A DNA stretch of 57,909 nucleotides, from positions 1 through 57,909 of the IMG/VR virus record IMGVR_UViG_3300030430_001633. One strand, given 5' to 3'. Positions 35,115 through 45,700 of this stretch are shown one piece after another; the stretch's first letter is position 1; each line of letters begins with the position of its first letter. Below the pieces are notes generated by a model. That model saw only the letters and a list, made by a program, of their open reading frames with translations. It had not been told where the DNA came from and made no database searches. This DNA comes from a virus. Lineage: Duplodnaviria > Caudoviricetes. The translations under genes and the position numbers were made by a program.

Positions 35115-35396
35115 CTACTGTGTAGGCATGGTTACAGATGGCAGGTCATTGAAAGTTTCGTAAGAAACATCAAGCCATACCTTTTTGGTTGGAGCCACCA
35201 TTAGCTCCAGCCGAACTTCCTGTTCGTTGTGGTCCATAGAAAACACAACAGGAAATTTAGTGTCGTCATCGAGTGACGTAATGAAATCGTTGTTGAGCGA
35301 ACGGTTGCGGTTGTTTAGTATCGCATCATTGTTAGCTTCAATCAACGACTGTTTAGTAAAGTAACTTACTATCACGGCAAACTCCTTTCTGTGCAT
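35115..35396 (-). CDS. Hypothetical protein (start uncertain)
   Basis: ORF with AGAAAGGAG RBS near 35385. Confidence 0.55.
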   Translation of the reverse strand: MHRKEFAVIVSYFTKQSLIEANNDAILNNRNRSLNNDFITSLDDDTKFPVVFSMDHNEQEVRLELMVAPTKKVWLDVSYETFNDLPSVTMPTQ

Positions 35397-35408
35397 TACC
35401 GTTACCTA

Positions 35409-35451
35409 AACTTACCCCCCACCATTTACATTGATAACTCTTTTGTTATCC
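35409..35451 (-). promoter_or_regulatory. Promoter with palindromic box
   Basis: TGATAA-ctcttttg-TTATCC at 35432-35451; TAAGTT 17 bp downstream. Confidence 0.55.
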
Positions 35452-36966
35452 ACTGGGTAGAGCATAACCCTGACTAAACATAGGGTGTATCAAATGCAGG
35501 GTATCGGTAGCTCTAGTCAAGCCAACGTAAAACACTCTAGCTTCATCATCTGTATGGGTGTCTATTTTACGCCACATACTATATGGCCTACGCATAGTAT
35601 CAGTTAAGAGCATCACGTTAGTTGCTTGCGCCCCTTTAGCTGAGTGGATAGTAGATATCCTTATGCGGGGTGTTGCTGTCAGGCTTTCACCTTTTCTTAA
35701 ACAAGCCTTTATGTAAGTGCGGTCTCTTTCATTTATCTTGCCTAGCCCAATATCCCAAGGCTGACTGTGCAATAATCCATGGTCTCTTTGTAATTCTTCA
35801 AGGCTGTAAAAACTAGAATCATCACCATTCGGCATAGTTTTAAATCCGTATGCCACCTGTGAGTTTAGCAGCATATGCTTGTAGACTAACCTCACTTGCT
35901 CAGAACTCAGGCGGTTGCCATCTCGCAAATGTTCCCAATACCGCACAGCTTCTAAGACTTTACTGTCTATACTTGTTGAACCATTATAAATGTACAGGTG
36001 TCCTCGGCGGCGCACCTCTTCTTCTATTTGTTGCGCCCCACGAGTAGTGCGGCTCATCAACAACCAGTCACCTGAACTGAGGTCAACCTCTTCGGAGTGG
36101 CGATGCCAAAAGATATAACCATCACCTTTTTTGGGTTCAAAAATTTTGTCCCGCCTTCCTACGATTCTTTTTATAACTTTGTGGCTAAGTGCGTGATGCA
36201 AGGAGGGGATGCGGTAGGACTTATCCAAGAGGGTAACTTCCCCCTGCAATCCTACAAAATGGTCTACGTCTGCGCCAGCATAACGGAATATGGCTTGGTC
36301 ATCATCTCCCGCCACATAGCATTCACGGCTATTTTTCTCTAGCAGATTCACCATTTCCCATTGCAGGGGTGATAAATCCTGTGCTTCATCTATAAATACT
36401 ACTTCTAAACGTGGGCAGAGTTCTTGGTCTACAAAAGTTTCTAACATCCCTGCGTAATCTTGTAAGCCATAGGCTTTTTTCCAGTGCCGTAATCCTCGGT
36501 CTACATACTCAACGCGTGACCAATCTGTTTTGAGTGGCACATTACTCTGGTTATAAACTTGACGTAACGGCTGTCTCATAATACGAGACACATTTATAAT
36601 CTCTAAAAACTTATCCCCATATCCAAAGTCCTTGTACGGCCCCTGCTCTGTTGGGGTGCCGCCATAAAACTTTCCTATCTTTAACCAATCAGCGACCTCT
36701 TGGTATTTTTCTGAGGTCATTACCTGTGAGTGGTTTAAGCCAGACATTAGGAACCCCAAGCTATGCAGGGTGCGAAAGTATGGGAGCTCTTTTTTAGTTA
36801 AGTTGAACTTTTCACAGGCACGGTCTATGGCTTCCATAGCTGCCCTACGGGTAAAGGCAAAGTAACCGATGCGGTCTGGTGGCACTCCAGATTGCATATA
36901 TTGTTCAACTAAATGAAGGAGCCTAGTTGTTTTGCCTGTTCCCGGAGGTCCTAGTACGATATGCAC
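35446..36966 (-). CDS. UvrD/RecB-like SF1 DNA helicase
   Basis: GPPGTGKT, FTRRAA, TLHS, IDEAQD, GDDDQAIF, STIHSAKG, YVGLTRA. Confidence 0.9.
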   Translation of the reverse strand: MHIVLGPPGTGKTTRLLHLVEQYMQSGVPPDRIGYFAFTRRAAMEAIDRACEKFNLTKKELPYFRTLHSLGFLMSGLNHSQVMTSEKYQEVADWLKIGKFYGGTPTEQGPYKDFGYGDKFLEIINVSRIMRQPLRQVYNQSNVPLKTDWSRVEYVDRGLRHWKKAYGLQDYAGMLETFVDQELCPRLEVVFIDEAQDLSPLQWEMVNLLEKNSRECYVAGDDDQAIFRYAGADVDHFVGLQGEVTLLDKSYRIPSLHHALSHKVIKRIVGRRDKIFEPKKGDGYIFWHRHSEEVDLSSGDWLLMSRTTRGAQQIEEEVRRRGHLYIYNGSTSIDSKVLEAVRYWEHLRDGNRLSSEQVRLVYKHMLLNSQVAYGFKTMPNGDDSSFYSLEELQRDHGLLHSQPWDIGLGKINERDRTYIKACLRKGESLTATPRIRISTIHSAKGAQATNVMLLTDTMRRPYSMWRKIDTHTDDEARVFYVGLTRATDTLHLIHPMFSQGYALPSG

Positions 36967-38501
36967 TAAATGATGCCCTCCGCTGCTGGCAAGTCTGGTA
37001 ACGGTATATCGGTATCTTCACCTTGGAAAAACTCCTGCGGCAAAGACCAAACATGAACACCTTTTCCTCTCACACGCCAGAACATCTTTTCTGCTTGTAT
37101 GTTCTGTAATCGCAATGTGATCTTGTTAGAAGTGTAGTGGTTAAAGTCATTTACCGACAAGTGCTTTTTCACATCCTTTACTTGGAAGAATACCCTGCCA
37201 TCTACCCAAACAGCCACGCCTTGAAGTATGTCTTCGCGTTCCTCACCCTTGGCACGTTCACAACAAAAAGCGTGAAGCAGATCTTCAAACTCGCCTTTTA
37301 TGGTAGCGTCGGGTGGCACCTCCACTATAGTCAGATTATCCAAGAGTAACTGAATACGAGTCTGCCATGCTCGTTGGTTTACGGTCACAGGAAACTTATT
37401 TATTTGGGCCACACATTCTTTTTGAAACTGTGACTGGCTGGTAAGCCCATTGGTAGATAACTCTAAGCGTTCGCCATCTACATCTAATATCCATATTGGT
37501 GGGTCACCATCAATCTTCGTAAGGCTGGACATATCGTTACCGATACCTGTTGGCCCTACTCCATACTTCCTGCCTTTACATATTTCTTTATCGCAAAAAG
37601 GTTTGATGGGTTGGTCTTCACATTTGTAGAAGTAATCCTTTTTCTTTAGCTGGCGTATAACCACACCGACTTCGTTATGGCTGAGCGGTGGGTGTAAGTA
37701 ATCCATGTTGTATCTCTGAACAAGAACTTCCCAGTTCTCCTCATCAAACATACGAGCATACACACCTAGATTAAACAGGGCGTTATTTCTAGAACCCTCT
37801 CCAAAACCCTTACTGCAAAGATGCTGCAAACATGGTGGGCCTTCTTCTAAGATACCCTCTTTAGTTCCAAAGCTCATGTTTAGCTTACGGAACTTAGCGG
37901 GTGTCATCACAAACCCACTTGCATACTCTAAGAATGCTTCAGTGTCTAGCGCATCCCCATTATCATCAAACCCATATCGTGTGGAATTATCGCCGCCGTG
38001 ATAAGGCATATTCAAAAAGTTACCTGTATCGCCACGGTCTATCAGAATAGTGGTTTGTTTGGGGAATATCTCACTCCCCGAATAACCAAGGGCCGCGCTT
38101 AATTCTGTCATGCGCCGCTGCACTTCTTCAGCTTCTACAAGTTCACTTAGAAAAACCCAAACGTGCGCCCCGCCAGACTTAGTCCTACCCACTATGGCAG
38201 GGATATTATTTTCGCGTAGGGTGGTTACTAATTCTTTATGGCTGACATCGTATTGATCTATATCAATGGCACCCCACTGACATAAGTTATCGCTCCTGAT
38301 AGGTATGATACCAAGCCCTGTGCCGCCTTTTAAATGTTCCTCCCACATTTCAAGAGTGGTTGGTTCGCGGATAACTTTAGCTTGTCCTTGTTTCTTACCA
38401 TCAGTAGACCGGCTGGTCTTTACAACGTATGTGCCATGAGCAATATCGCTGCCTTTAAATAAATCATTAAACTTCTGTGCAAGTGACATCAATCCCTCCA
38501 A
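36966..38501 (-). CDS. DNA primase (AEP / prim-pol type with C-terminal PriCT-like domain)
   Basis: WGAIDID, TKSGGAH, EIFPKQ, GNFLNMPY, GPPC, EGSRNNALF. Confidence 0.75.
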   Translation of the reverse strand: MEGLMSLAQKFNDLFKGSDIAHGTYVVKTSRSTDGKKQGQAKVIREPTTLEMWEEHLKGGTGLGIIPIRSDNLCQWGAIDIDQYDVSHKELVTTLRENNIPAIVGRTKSGGAHVWVFLSELVEAEEVQRRMTELSAALGYSGSEIFPKQTTILIDRGDTGNFLNMPYHGGDNSTRYGFDDNGDALDTEAFLEYASGFVMTPAKFRKLNMSFGTKEGILEEGPPCLQHLCSKGFGEGSRNNALFNLGVYARMFDEENWEVLVQRYNMDYLHPPLSHNEVGVVIRQLKKKDYFYKCEDQPIKPFCDKEICKGRKYGVGPTGIGNDMSSLTKIDGDPPIWILDVDGERLELSTNGLTSQSQFQKECVAQINKFPVTVNQRAWQTRIQLLLDNLTIVEVPPDATIKGEFEDLLHAFCCERAKGEEREDILQGVAVWVDGRVFFQVKDVKKHLSVNDFNHYTSNKITLRLQNIQAEKMFWRVRGKGVHVWSLPQEFFQGEDTDIPLPDLPAAEGII

Positions 38502-38580
38502 ATAAGGTGGGACGGTGTACCCGCCATGTCAGGAAGTACACCGTCCCGCAACCGTGGGGCGATCAACCCCCACAGTTGAA

Positions 38581-39384
38581 CTACATTATGCCGTCACCAG
38601 CATCGTCTTGCATTTTGGCAGATTTATCTTCTTTGACCTGCACTTCACCTGCTTGGATAGATTCAGCAAACTTCATAGCAGTTTCAAACAGGGTGGCATC
38701 GTTAGGATCTTCTGGGTTAAGGCCACGCTCCCGCGTAACATCGTACCCAAACCACGAACCTTTATCGTTTTGCTCTGGCACGGTAACCAGCCGATATACT
38801 TGCGACATTAGCGGCAACACATACAAACCGTTCTCGCCTTGCGCGGTTAGCGACTGCGCTTGGGTCATCCACTTACGCGCCTTTTTAAGTTGCGTAGAAG
38901 ACATCGTAATCAGAGCACGTTGCCAGCCCATATCTGGGTGCGCGAACAGCACGAAAAACTGCGCGGTATTACTCAGTAGGTTACCATTGGGTAATACATC
39001 CTGCCCTACGTCATTCCGCGTAGTGGTGCCTACAATAGGATTAGTGGTCTCATAGGATTCTACATATCCCCCGCCTTGCTCCCGTGGAGTCCACTCAACG
39101 AACCTACGGTTATAGTGGCAAGGTATCACCAACAAACCCTGTTCTCCGTCGTACACCTCGTTTAGCACGGTATTAAACAGCATCCCCGCTTCGGCACCCT
39201 CTACATACTTACCGTCACGCTTATTTACTTGCGGACTAAGCTGGGCCAATACGCGGATAAACGGGATTGACAGGTCTTCGGATGTTACCTCGCTAAACCC
39301 TTTATTACCGAACTGCTCAAAACCACCGAACACGGCGGGTGCGTTGTTTTCTTTAACAACGACTTCTTTCTTTGCTTCTGCCAT
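38581..39384 (-). CDS. Putative ssDNA-binding protein
   Basis: DL.IP....LQ..SPQV, EW.PR, M.STQLKK.RKW, N.KG.W.G; acidic tail; replication context. Confidence 0.55.
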   Translation of the reverse strand: MAEAKKEVVVKENNAPAVFGGFEQFGNKGFSEVTSEDLSIPFIRVLAQLSPQVNKRDGKYVEGAEAGMLFNTVLNEVYDGEQGLLVIPCHYNRRFVEWTPREQGGGYVESYETTNPIVGTTTRNDVGQDVLPNGNLLSNTAQFFVLFAHPDMGWQRALITMSSTQLKKARKWMTQAQSLTAQGENGLYVLPLMSQVYRLVTVPEQNDKGSWFGYDVTRERGLNPEDPNDATLFETAMKFAESIQAGEVQVKEDKSAKMQDDAGDGIM

Positions 39385-39386
39385 GA

Positions 39387-39944
39387 TTATTTCCTCTTCT
39401 GTATCTTGGCTTTTTCACCGATGAATATACCGAACAAGTCATGTGGGATATTCAAACCCTGTTCAGTTTTTTCACGCACCCATGCTTTCAGGGTCATAGG
39501 CTCTACCCACTTTTTTGTATTGACGGGCATACCTCGGCCAGCCAACTCACTTGCAAACTGTTCAGCTTGCTCTTCCTGACCACGCACAAAATTAGTGGCT
39601 ACTTGGTTTTTAATCAGGTCGCCAAAATCGTTATCAACCAACCAAGTAAACGCCTCATCAGCTCTGTCTTTTGGTATGGACGCGCTGTAAAACGTGCTTA
39701 CACTAATGCTTGAACCATCATCCAGTTTGAGTTCTGAGATGTTGTGCTCAGCCATTGCCGCTGGGAGTTGATCTTCAGCAATAGCCTTTAGATCACTCTT
39801 TGCAGTTTTCAGTTCTGCCTCTAAGTCAGCTACCCTTTGCTCAACCTGCAACTGCATTTGAGCTAGTTTACTAACCTGTGACAAACCTGTTTCGTTTACA
39901 GTGCTGAGCTTTTTAGCAGCACTTTCAAAGTCAACCATCACCAC
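39387..39944 (-). CDS. Conserved replication-module protein
   Basis: LP.AM.E, AF.WL..N..GDLIKN, V.P.TLKAWVRE. Confidence 0.65.
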   Translation of the reverse strand: MVMVDFESAAKKLSTVNETGLSQVSKLAQMQLQVEQRVADLEAELKTAKSDLKAIAEDQLPAAMAEHNISELKLDDGSSISVSTFYSASIPKDRADEAFTWLVDNDFGDLIKNQVATNFVRGQEEQAEQFASELAGRGMPVNTKKWVEPMTLKAWVREKTEQGLNIPHDLFGIFIGEKAKIQKRK

Positions 39945-40260
39945 CTCCTGGACGGAAATTAAGGTCAGCAGACAATGGGAAATATTTACCCTCTTGCCTG
40001 TCCCACTTCAGCATTTTAAACCGCCCACCATTGGCACGAGAGGCCATAGCAGCAGCTAAAGCAATAGCCGCTGGATCCCCTGCCAGTAGAAGGTAGTCAT
40101 CATCGGTGAACTTACCGAGCTTTCTACCCATACGCCTTATAGTAGGCTGGGTAGAATAACTGGCTTGTTCCCCTGCGGGAAGCAGTATTTCTATATCGCC
40201 GAAGCTCGTAGCATCTGTGATGTCACGGCCCCGCATCTCCTGTGTTATAAATACAGTCAT
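39931..40260 (-). CDS. Hypothetical protein
   Basis: Probable start MTVFITQE after AGAAAGG; DYLLL.GDP, LKWDR. Confidence 0.65.
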   Translation of the reverse strand: MTVFITQEMRGRDITDATSFGDIEILLPAGEQASYSTQPTIRRMGRKLGKFTDDDYLLLAGDPAAIALAAAMASRANGGRFKMLKWDRQEGKYFPLSADLNFRPGGGDG

Positions 40261-40381
40261 CTCATGCCTTTCTCCACATGGGTTGTAGTATGAAACTAGG
40301 TTTAACATATAGCGGCGTAGATTGCTTGTCTAGTTTGGTCAGTAATTTATCCGCTATATCCAATATATTTTCTACTTTGTT

Positions 40382-40446
40382 TAATAGGCCCAAAACCTAT
40401 TGTAAGATAATAAAAAGTTTTTCTAAACAAGTCGCGCGGACGGAAA
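40382..40446. repeat. Bipartite dispersed repeat, copy 2 (origin candidate)
   Basis: taataggcccaaaac...cgcgcggacggaaa in the AT-rich divergent intergenic region. Confidence 0.7.
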
Positions 40447-40534
40447 AAGTAGCATATATCGTAACGGTGATATCGGAAAATGTTAAAAAACAAAATAACG
40501 GTTGCACGTCATCCTGTCCTATATAGCAAAGTAA

Positions 40535-40579
40535 TAAGACAAAACTGTTCTTGTCTTAGTTACATAGGTTTGGCAGAAT
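40535..40579 (+). promoter_or_regulatory. Boxed promoter for SNF2 helicase
   Basis: TAAGACAA-N8-TTGTCTTA at 40535-40558; TGG-CAGAAT 17 bp downstream. Confidence 0.55.
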
Positions 40580-40607
40580 AAGTATGTTCCAGTAGAAAGA
40601 GGAAACG

Positions 40608-42053
40608 ATGAGGTACAAATTTAAATACAAGCCCTACGAGCATCAGCTCGAGGCTTTGAAAAAATCTTGGAATAAACCGTATTACGCCCTGTTTATGGAC
40701 ATGGGTACAGGTAAGTCCAAAGTTCTTATCGACACTATAGCCATGCTCTATGATAAGGGTGAGATTGATAGTGCTTTGATTATTGCGCCTAAAGGTGTGT
40801 ATAGAAACTGGGAGCGCAAAGAGCTACCCACACATATGCCTGACCACATTAAGATGAACATCGTTACATGGTCACCGGAACAAACACAAAAGAAACAAAA
40901 AGAACTTGATACCCTGAAACAAGTTACTGAAGATTTACAGATATTTCTTATGAATGTAGAGGCTTTGTCCACTAAACGTGGCCTCGAACAAGCAGATAAG
41001 TTTTTGTTTACTCATAGGGCTATGCTGGCAGTGGATGAAAGCACCACTATTAAAAGCCGCACAGCTCAGAGAACTAAGAACCTCATTAAGCTGGGTAAAA
41101 ACGCACCTTACAGACGCATACTCACAGGCTCCCCTGTAACTAAATCACCACTTGATTTGTTTACGCAGTGTGAGTTTCTTGAGCATTACGTTCTCGGGCA
41201 AGGTAGTTTTTGGACTTTTCAAAACAGATATGCCAAGATGGTGCGTAGGACTATGGGAGCGCACAGTTTCAATCAGATTGTCGGCTACCAAAATTTAGAT
41301 GAGCTGAACGGTATTATCGAGCCGTTTAGTTTTAGAGTCCGCAAAGAAGAATGCTTAGACTTACCTGACAAAGTATATACACGGCGCACGGTTGAGCTCA
41401 CTTCTGAGCAAAAAAGGCTGTATGAGCAGATGAAAAGTATGGCCCTAGCCATTGTCGAAGGTGAGGATGGTGGCATGATTTCTGCCCCAACAGTGCTGAC
41501 TCAAATACTTAGACTGCAACAGGTATGTTCTGGGTTTGCTAAGTTTGAAGATGGTAGAACGGTAGAAGTTCCAAGTAATAAACTCAATGAGTTAATGTCA
41601 TCTTTGGAAGAAATAGATGGCAAAGTTATTATCTGGGGTAACTTCACACATGATTTGTTGTTGATAGAAAAAGCTCTGGTAAAGGAATACGGACAAGAAA
41701 GTGTAGAGCTATTCTATGGTGATACACCTGCTGATGAACGCCAGCTTATCGTAGAGCGGTTCCAAGACCCACAAGACCCATTGCGGTTTTTTGTAGGCCA
41801 GCCACGCACAGGCGGGTATGGGCTGACCCTAACAGAAGCTAAGACAGTTATATATTACAGCAACGGTTATGATTTAGAAGTGCGCCTGCAAAGTGAAGAT
41901 AGAGCGCACCGCATAGGTCAAACAAACAAAGTCACATACATAGATATTGTGGCAGAAAAAACTGTAGATGAAAAAGTAATCCGTGCTTTGCGTGATAAAA
42001 TAGACATCAGCAGCAGAGTGTTAGCTGAAGGTTATAAAGAATGGATTATTTAG
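40608..42053 (+). CDS. SNF2-family SF2 helicase
   Basis: DMGTGKS, VDEST.IK, LTGSP, GGYGLTLT, QSEDRAHRIGQ; AGAAAGAGG RBS. Confidence 0.9.
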   Translation: MRYKFKYKPYEHQLEALKKSWNKPYYALFMDMGTGKSKVLIDTIAMLYDKGEIDSALIIAPKGVYRNWERKELPTHMPDHIKMNIVTWSPEQTQKKQKELDTLKQVTEDLQIFLMNVEALSTKRGLEQADKFLFTHRAMLAVDESTTIKSRTAQRTKNLIKLGKNAPYRRILTGSPVTKSPLDLFTQCEFLEHYVLGQGSFWTFQNRYAKMVRRTMGAHSFNQIVGYQNLDELNGIIEPFSFRVRKEECLDLPDKVYTRRTVELTSEQKRLYEQMKSMALAIVEGEDGGMISAPTVLTQILRLQQVCSGFAKFEDGRTVEVPSNKLNELMSSLEEIDGKVIIWGNFTHDLLLIEKALVKEYGQESVELFYGDTPADERQLIVERFQDPQDPLRFFVGQPRTGGYGLTLTEAKTVIYYSNGYDLEVRLQSEDRAHRIGQTNKVTYIDIVAEKTVDEKVIRALRDKIDISSRVLAEGYKEWII

Positions 42054-42751
42054 TTTTGTGAATCGCGTATACCTTTTAATACTTCATATACATCTGGGGG
42101 AGGTGGTTGGTCTAAATCCCACTGACAAAGGTATTCTCTAGGTTTCCACTCACCATACTCAAAGAAATTAGTCTCTTGCGTATTGTAAGCACCCCTGTAG
42201 ACACAAGCCTCTTTATTTTTATCTATCTTCATACACTTTACTAATCGGCAAGTAGTCAAATCATTTGCTGCTTGTGCGTTTGCTGAGTGAGCTTTGAGCA
42301 GTAAAACAAAAGCTGTTAGCACGGCTGCTCCCGCACCGGAAACAATAATCCACGCGACAATCTCTACAAACTTGCGCCGACGTTCTCTTTGACGGTACAG
42401 GGTTTCTTGTCTACGTTTACGGATCTGTCCTTCCATGCGTACAAGCTCATCCCATTTGGATTTACCCATAGTCAGGCTAATCCACTGCTTCAGCTCGTAT
42501 CTTTGTTGTTCCGCTTTTTGTTTGTTTGCAAAAGCTGTGATCGCCTCTTGCTCTACACTCTGACCACCGAATAGTTTTTTAAAGATAGGTGGGTTTTTAG
42601 CTTCTTTCTCCATCTGATCAAGGTCAGATAAAGCACCCATCCAACGTGAGAGGTCAGAGGCCATAGACTCAATGTCACGGCCTATTGCAAACCCTTTCTT
42701 TAGAGCTCCGAACGCCGCAGAAGCAGTAGCCATTGCGGTGACGGGATCCAT
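42050..42751 (-). CDS. Conserved membrane-anchored phage protein
   Basis: MDPVTAMATA..., one TM segment, Cys-containing C-terminus. Confidence 0.65.
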   Translation of the reverse strand: MDPVTAMATASAAFGALKKGFAIGRDIESMASDLSRWMGALSDLDQMEKEAKNPPIFKKLFGGQSVEQEAITAFANKQKAEQQRYELKQWISLTMGKSKWDELVRMEGQIRKRRQETLYRQRERRRKFVEIVAWIIVSGAGAAVLTAFVLLLKAHSANAQAANDLTTCRLVKCMKIDKNKEACVYRGAYNTQETNFFEYGEWKPREYLCQWDLDQPPPPDVYEVLKGIRDSQN

Positions 42752-45700
42752 TAGACTATTCCTGCTGATGCTTGCCCTGCTGCTCTACGTTTAGCGATAG
42801 CTATAGAAGTGGGGTCATTAGGAAATAATGTTTCTATACCCACACTCGCTGTAGAACCGGCAGGTGGTCGTGGTGGTTTAGGTTTAGGAGTAGGCGTCGT
42901 AATTCCTGGAGTGGGCGCATATATAAATGGTTGAGGGTCAGGCACCACAGGCGCAGGAGGTGGCGGCGTTTCTGTAACTGGTTGCTCGGGCATCTGTGGT
43001 TCAAGGATCAGTTCTTGTGTGGCACCCTCACCAGTAATGCCTTCACCGTAATCAACACCAATATTGAAAAGGAAAGCGTTTATTTTTCTTTTATTTGGCT
43101 CACTTGCTCCAAGCGGTGCGACAGATTCCCCACCCTCAGTAGTAAGTAATTTAGCAATATTTGGATCAAACATCGCTTCACGGAACAAAGCATCAGAGCG
43201 CACCCCTGATTGTTGCCTGATAGCTCGGCTGATTATGTAACCGACCATCGCTTTAGAACCAAGTCGGCCTTCTTGCACAGCGATAAAACGGTTAGAGATA
43301 CCCGCTGGGGTAGTGCCTAACGCACCTGTAAACCGACTGATAATGTCTTCATCTGTTACACCTTTGCCTCTAGAAATACCTGTTATGAGAACTCTTTCAG
43401 CAGCATCAGCTATCAAATAAAGGTTATCTACATGGCTTTTATCAAAAGCGGCATCTAAAACTTCCTCGTTTTTTACCATCCACTGTTTAAAAGCAGTAGG
43501 GCTTCCCAAAGCATCGGGTGCTTTTGCCAACATCTTTTCAGTTATCGCAGCACGGAAAGCCTGAGCACCTTGTTCAGCAGTATAACTATCTGTTGCCACC
43601 GAGGCGACTTCTCGTAACTGGCGCATTTTAGCGGGGTTTGTTAGAGCTTCTTTAAACAATTGATCAGGGCTTTCATTTCCTACCGCCCTTCCAACAGCTC
43701 CTATTAAAGTGTTACCTTGTATGGCTCTTCTTCTGGCAGTTAATTCAGATTGACGAGCTACTTGATCCTCAATCAGTTTTTGTGTGTCAAGTAAATCATC
43801 CAGCAAACCAAGCTCACTTAAAACTTCGCGGTTTTTATTTAGATAAGAATTAATCTTATCAGGGTTAAACACACCTTTATTATAATTATACGCGGTATCT
43901 CTAATCTGATCCAGCACAACAGCTTTCATAGCTCTCATATCGGCAGGTTTATCTGCAAACAATTTCATAAACTGTCGTGCAGTATTTGTATCGCTTAAGA
44001 ATGCTTTGACTACTTGTTCATCTGGCAAGTAATACTGTGGCTGCTCACCAGTAGATCCTGGTCCTTTAGCGGTAACTCTTATCACACCGCTACGCTCAAA
44101 AGGAGCCACTACGTTTTTATCGTATACTAAACGGAACTGTTCAAACTTTTCATTTGTTCTGCCATATGAAGTAGCCATGTTATCGAGTTGTTCGCTCAGT
44201 ATGGCAAGCGGCCTTACAGAAGAGTTATCGCCTTTAGCAAGAGCTACACCAATCGCACTACCAACTTGATCACGGAATGACTTCCAATCTTGGAAAGACA
44301 TTTTACCATCTTTAAATTTAAACTCTACAAACTTACGAACCAGTGGCGGTAAGCCTTCGTAACTGATAGCTTCCTTACCTGCCCTTGTCGTTAGGGCATC
44401 TCGCACAGCGGCTTGCGCCCCAGCCGTGGCATCACGGTTACCAACTGGATCAGCATCATTAATTTTGAGTTTTTTAGCTAATGCAGCAGCATCATCTTTA
44501 GCAGATTGTTGAGCATCAACAATCGTAGTGCGGATGTTATCTCCGATAGAAGCACGGTCACTTAATTTAGGGTATACCCCTGTATCAGCAGCGGTGACTA
44601 ATGCCCAAGAAGAAGTTATATCGTCTTCCTCTGCATTAATTCTGGCGTAAGTAGCCTCGTAAGCGTCTCTTGCTTGGTTATAAACATACAGGGGAGCATC
44701 ATCAATGGGACTACCTGTAAGTTCACCATCAATAAATTTTTGAGCCGCATTTAAAACATTATTTTTACGAGCGTTATTTGCACGAGTAAAAGCAGCGTCA
44801 CCAGTGCCTTCCATTCTAGCTTGAGTCGCCAGTAATGGTAAATCTAACGTGGCCTCTGCAGGACTGAGTGTAATTGGTGCATCTGCATACCCACCAAGGG
44901 TTGCTTCAATGTCAGCAGCTTTTCTTAAATTGTCTTGTGCTTCTGGAAAAGCAGCCGCTTCTTTTACTTCATCACCTAACTTAGCAAGAGCAGCTTGGCC
45001 TTCTGCACCCTCAGCAGGATCTACTTTTCCTGTAAGAACTTTAGCATCATCTATACCGCCTCTTATTTTAGATCCAGCCCAACTAAAACCTTTGCTAACA
45101 AATTTAGCTCCAGGAGTTTTCTTAGCACCGTAATATATACCCGCAGGAGCTAGAGGAACTAGACCGCCAAGCCCTGTATTTGTACCGAAGAGCTGTGTTT
45201 CTGCTTCAGCACCTGCACCAGAGGCCGCACCAAGAGCAGTTTCCGCAGCAACGGCAGTTCCGGGACTTGCCCTAAAAGGTGCGATCATAGTTTCTGCTAC
45301 ACGTTGAGCGGTGGTAGAAGCGGAAGGTGTTACAGCTCCCTTTGCTAAAACGTCAGTTCCTAAAAACGGTATTTTAGATCCAAGTCTAGTAACTTCAGTG
45401 GCTGGGATAGCAGCAGCTCTTGTTTGTAAACCGACCACAGGTACAGTCGCAGCGGTGGCTTGCCCTGCGCCACGAGCTATAGCAGCTAATTTACCTTCTT
45501 GTTCAGCTTGCCCTGCAAACCTGCCTGTTCCGTAATGAACCAAATAAGGGATAATAACTCTTTGGCTTTCATAATCTGAGCTATTAAAAACTCTTGATAA
45601 AAAGTTTCTATCAACAGTGCCTTCTTCTACAACACCCGCTGCTTCAAGCCCCCCAGCAACAGCATTTATGGCTGCATCAGGTAAATATAAAATAAGGTCA

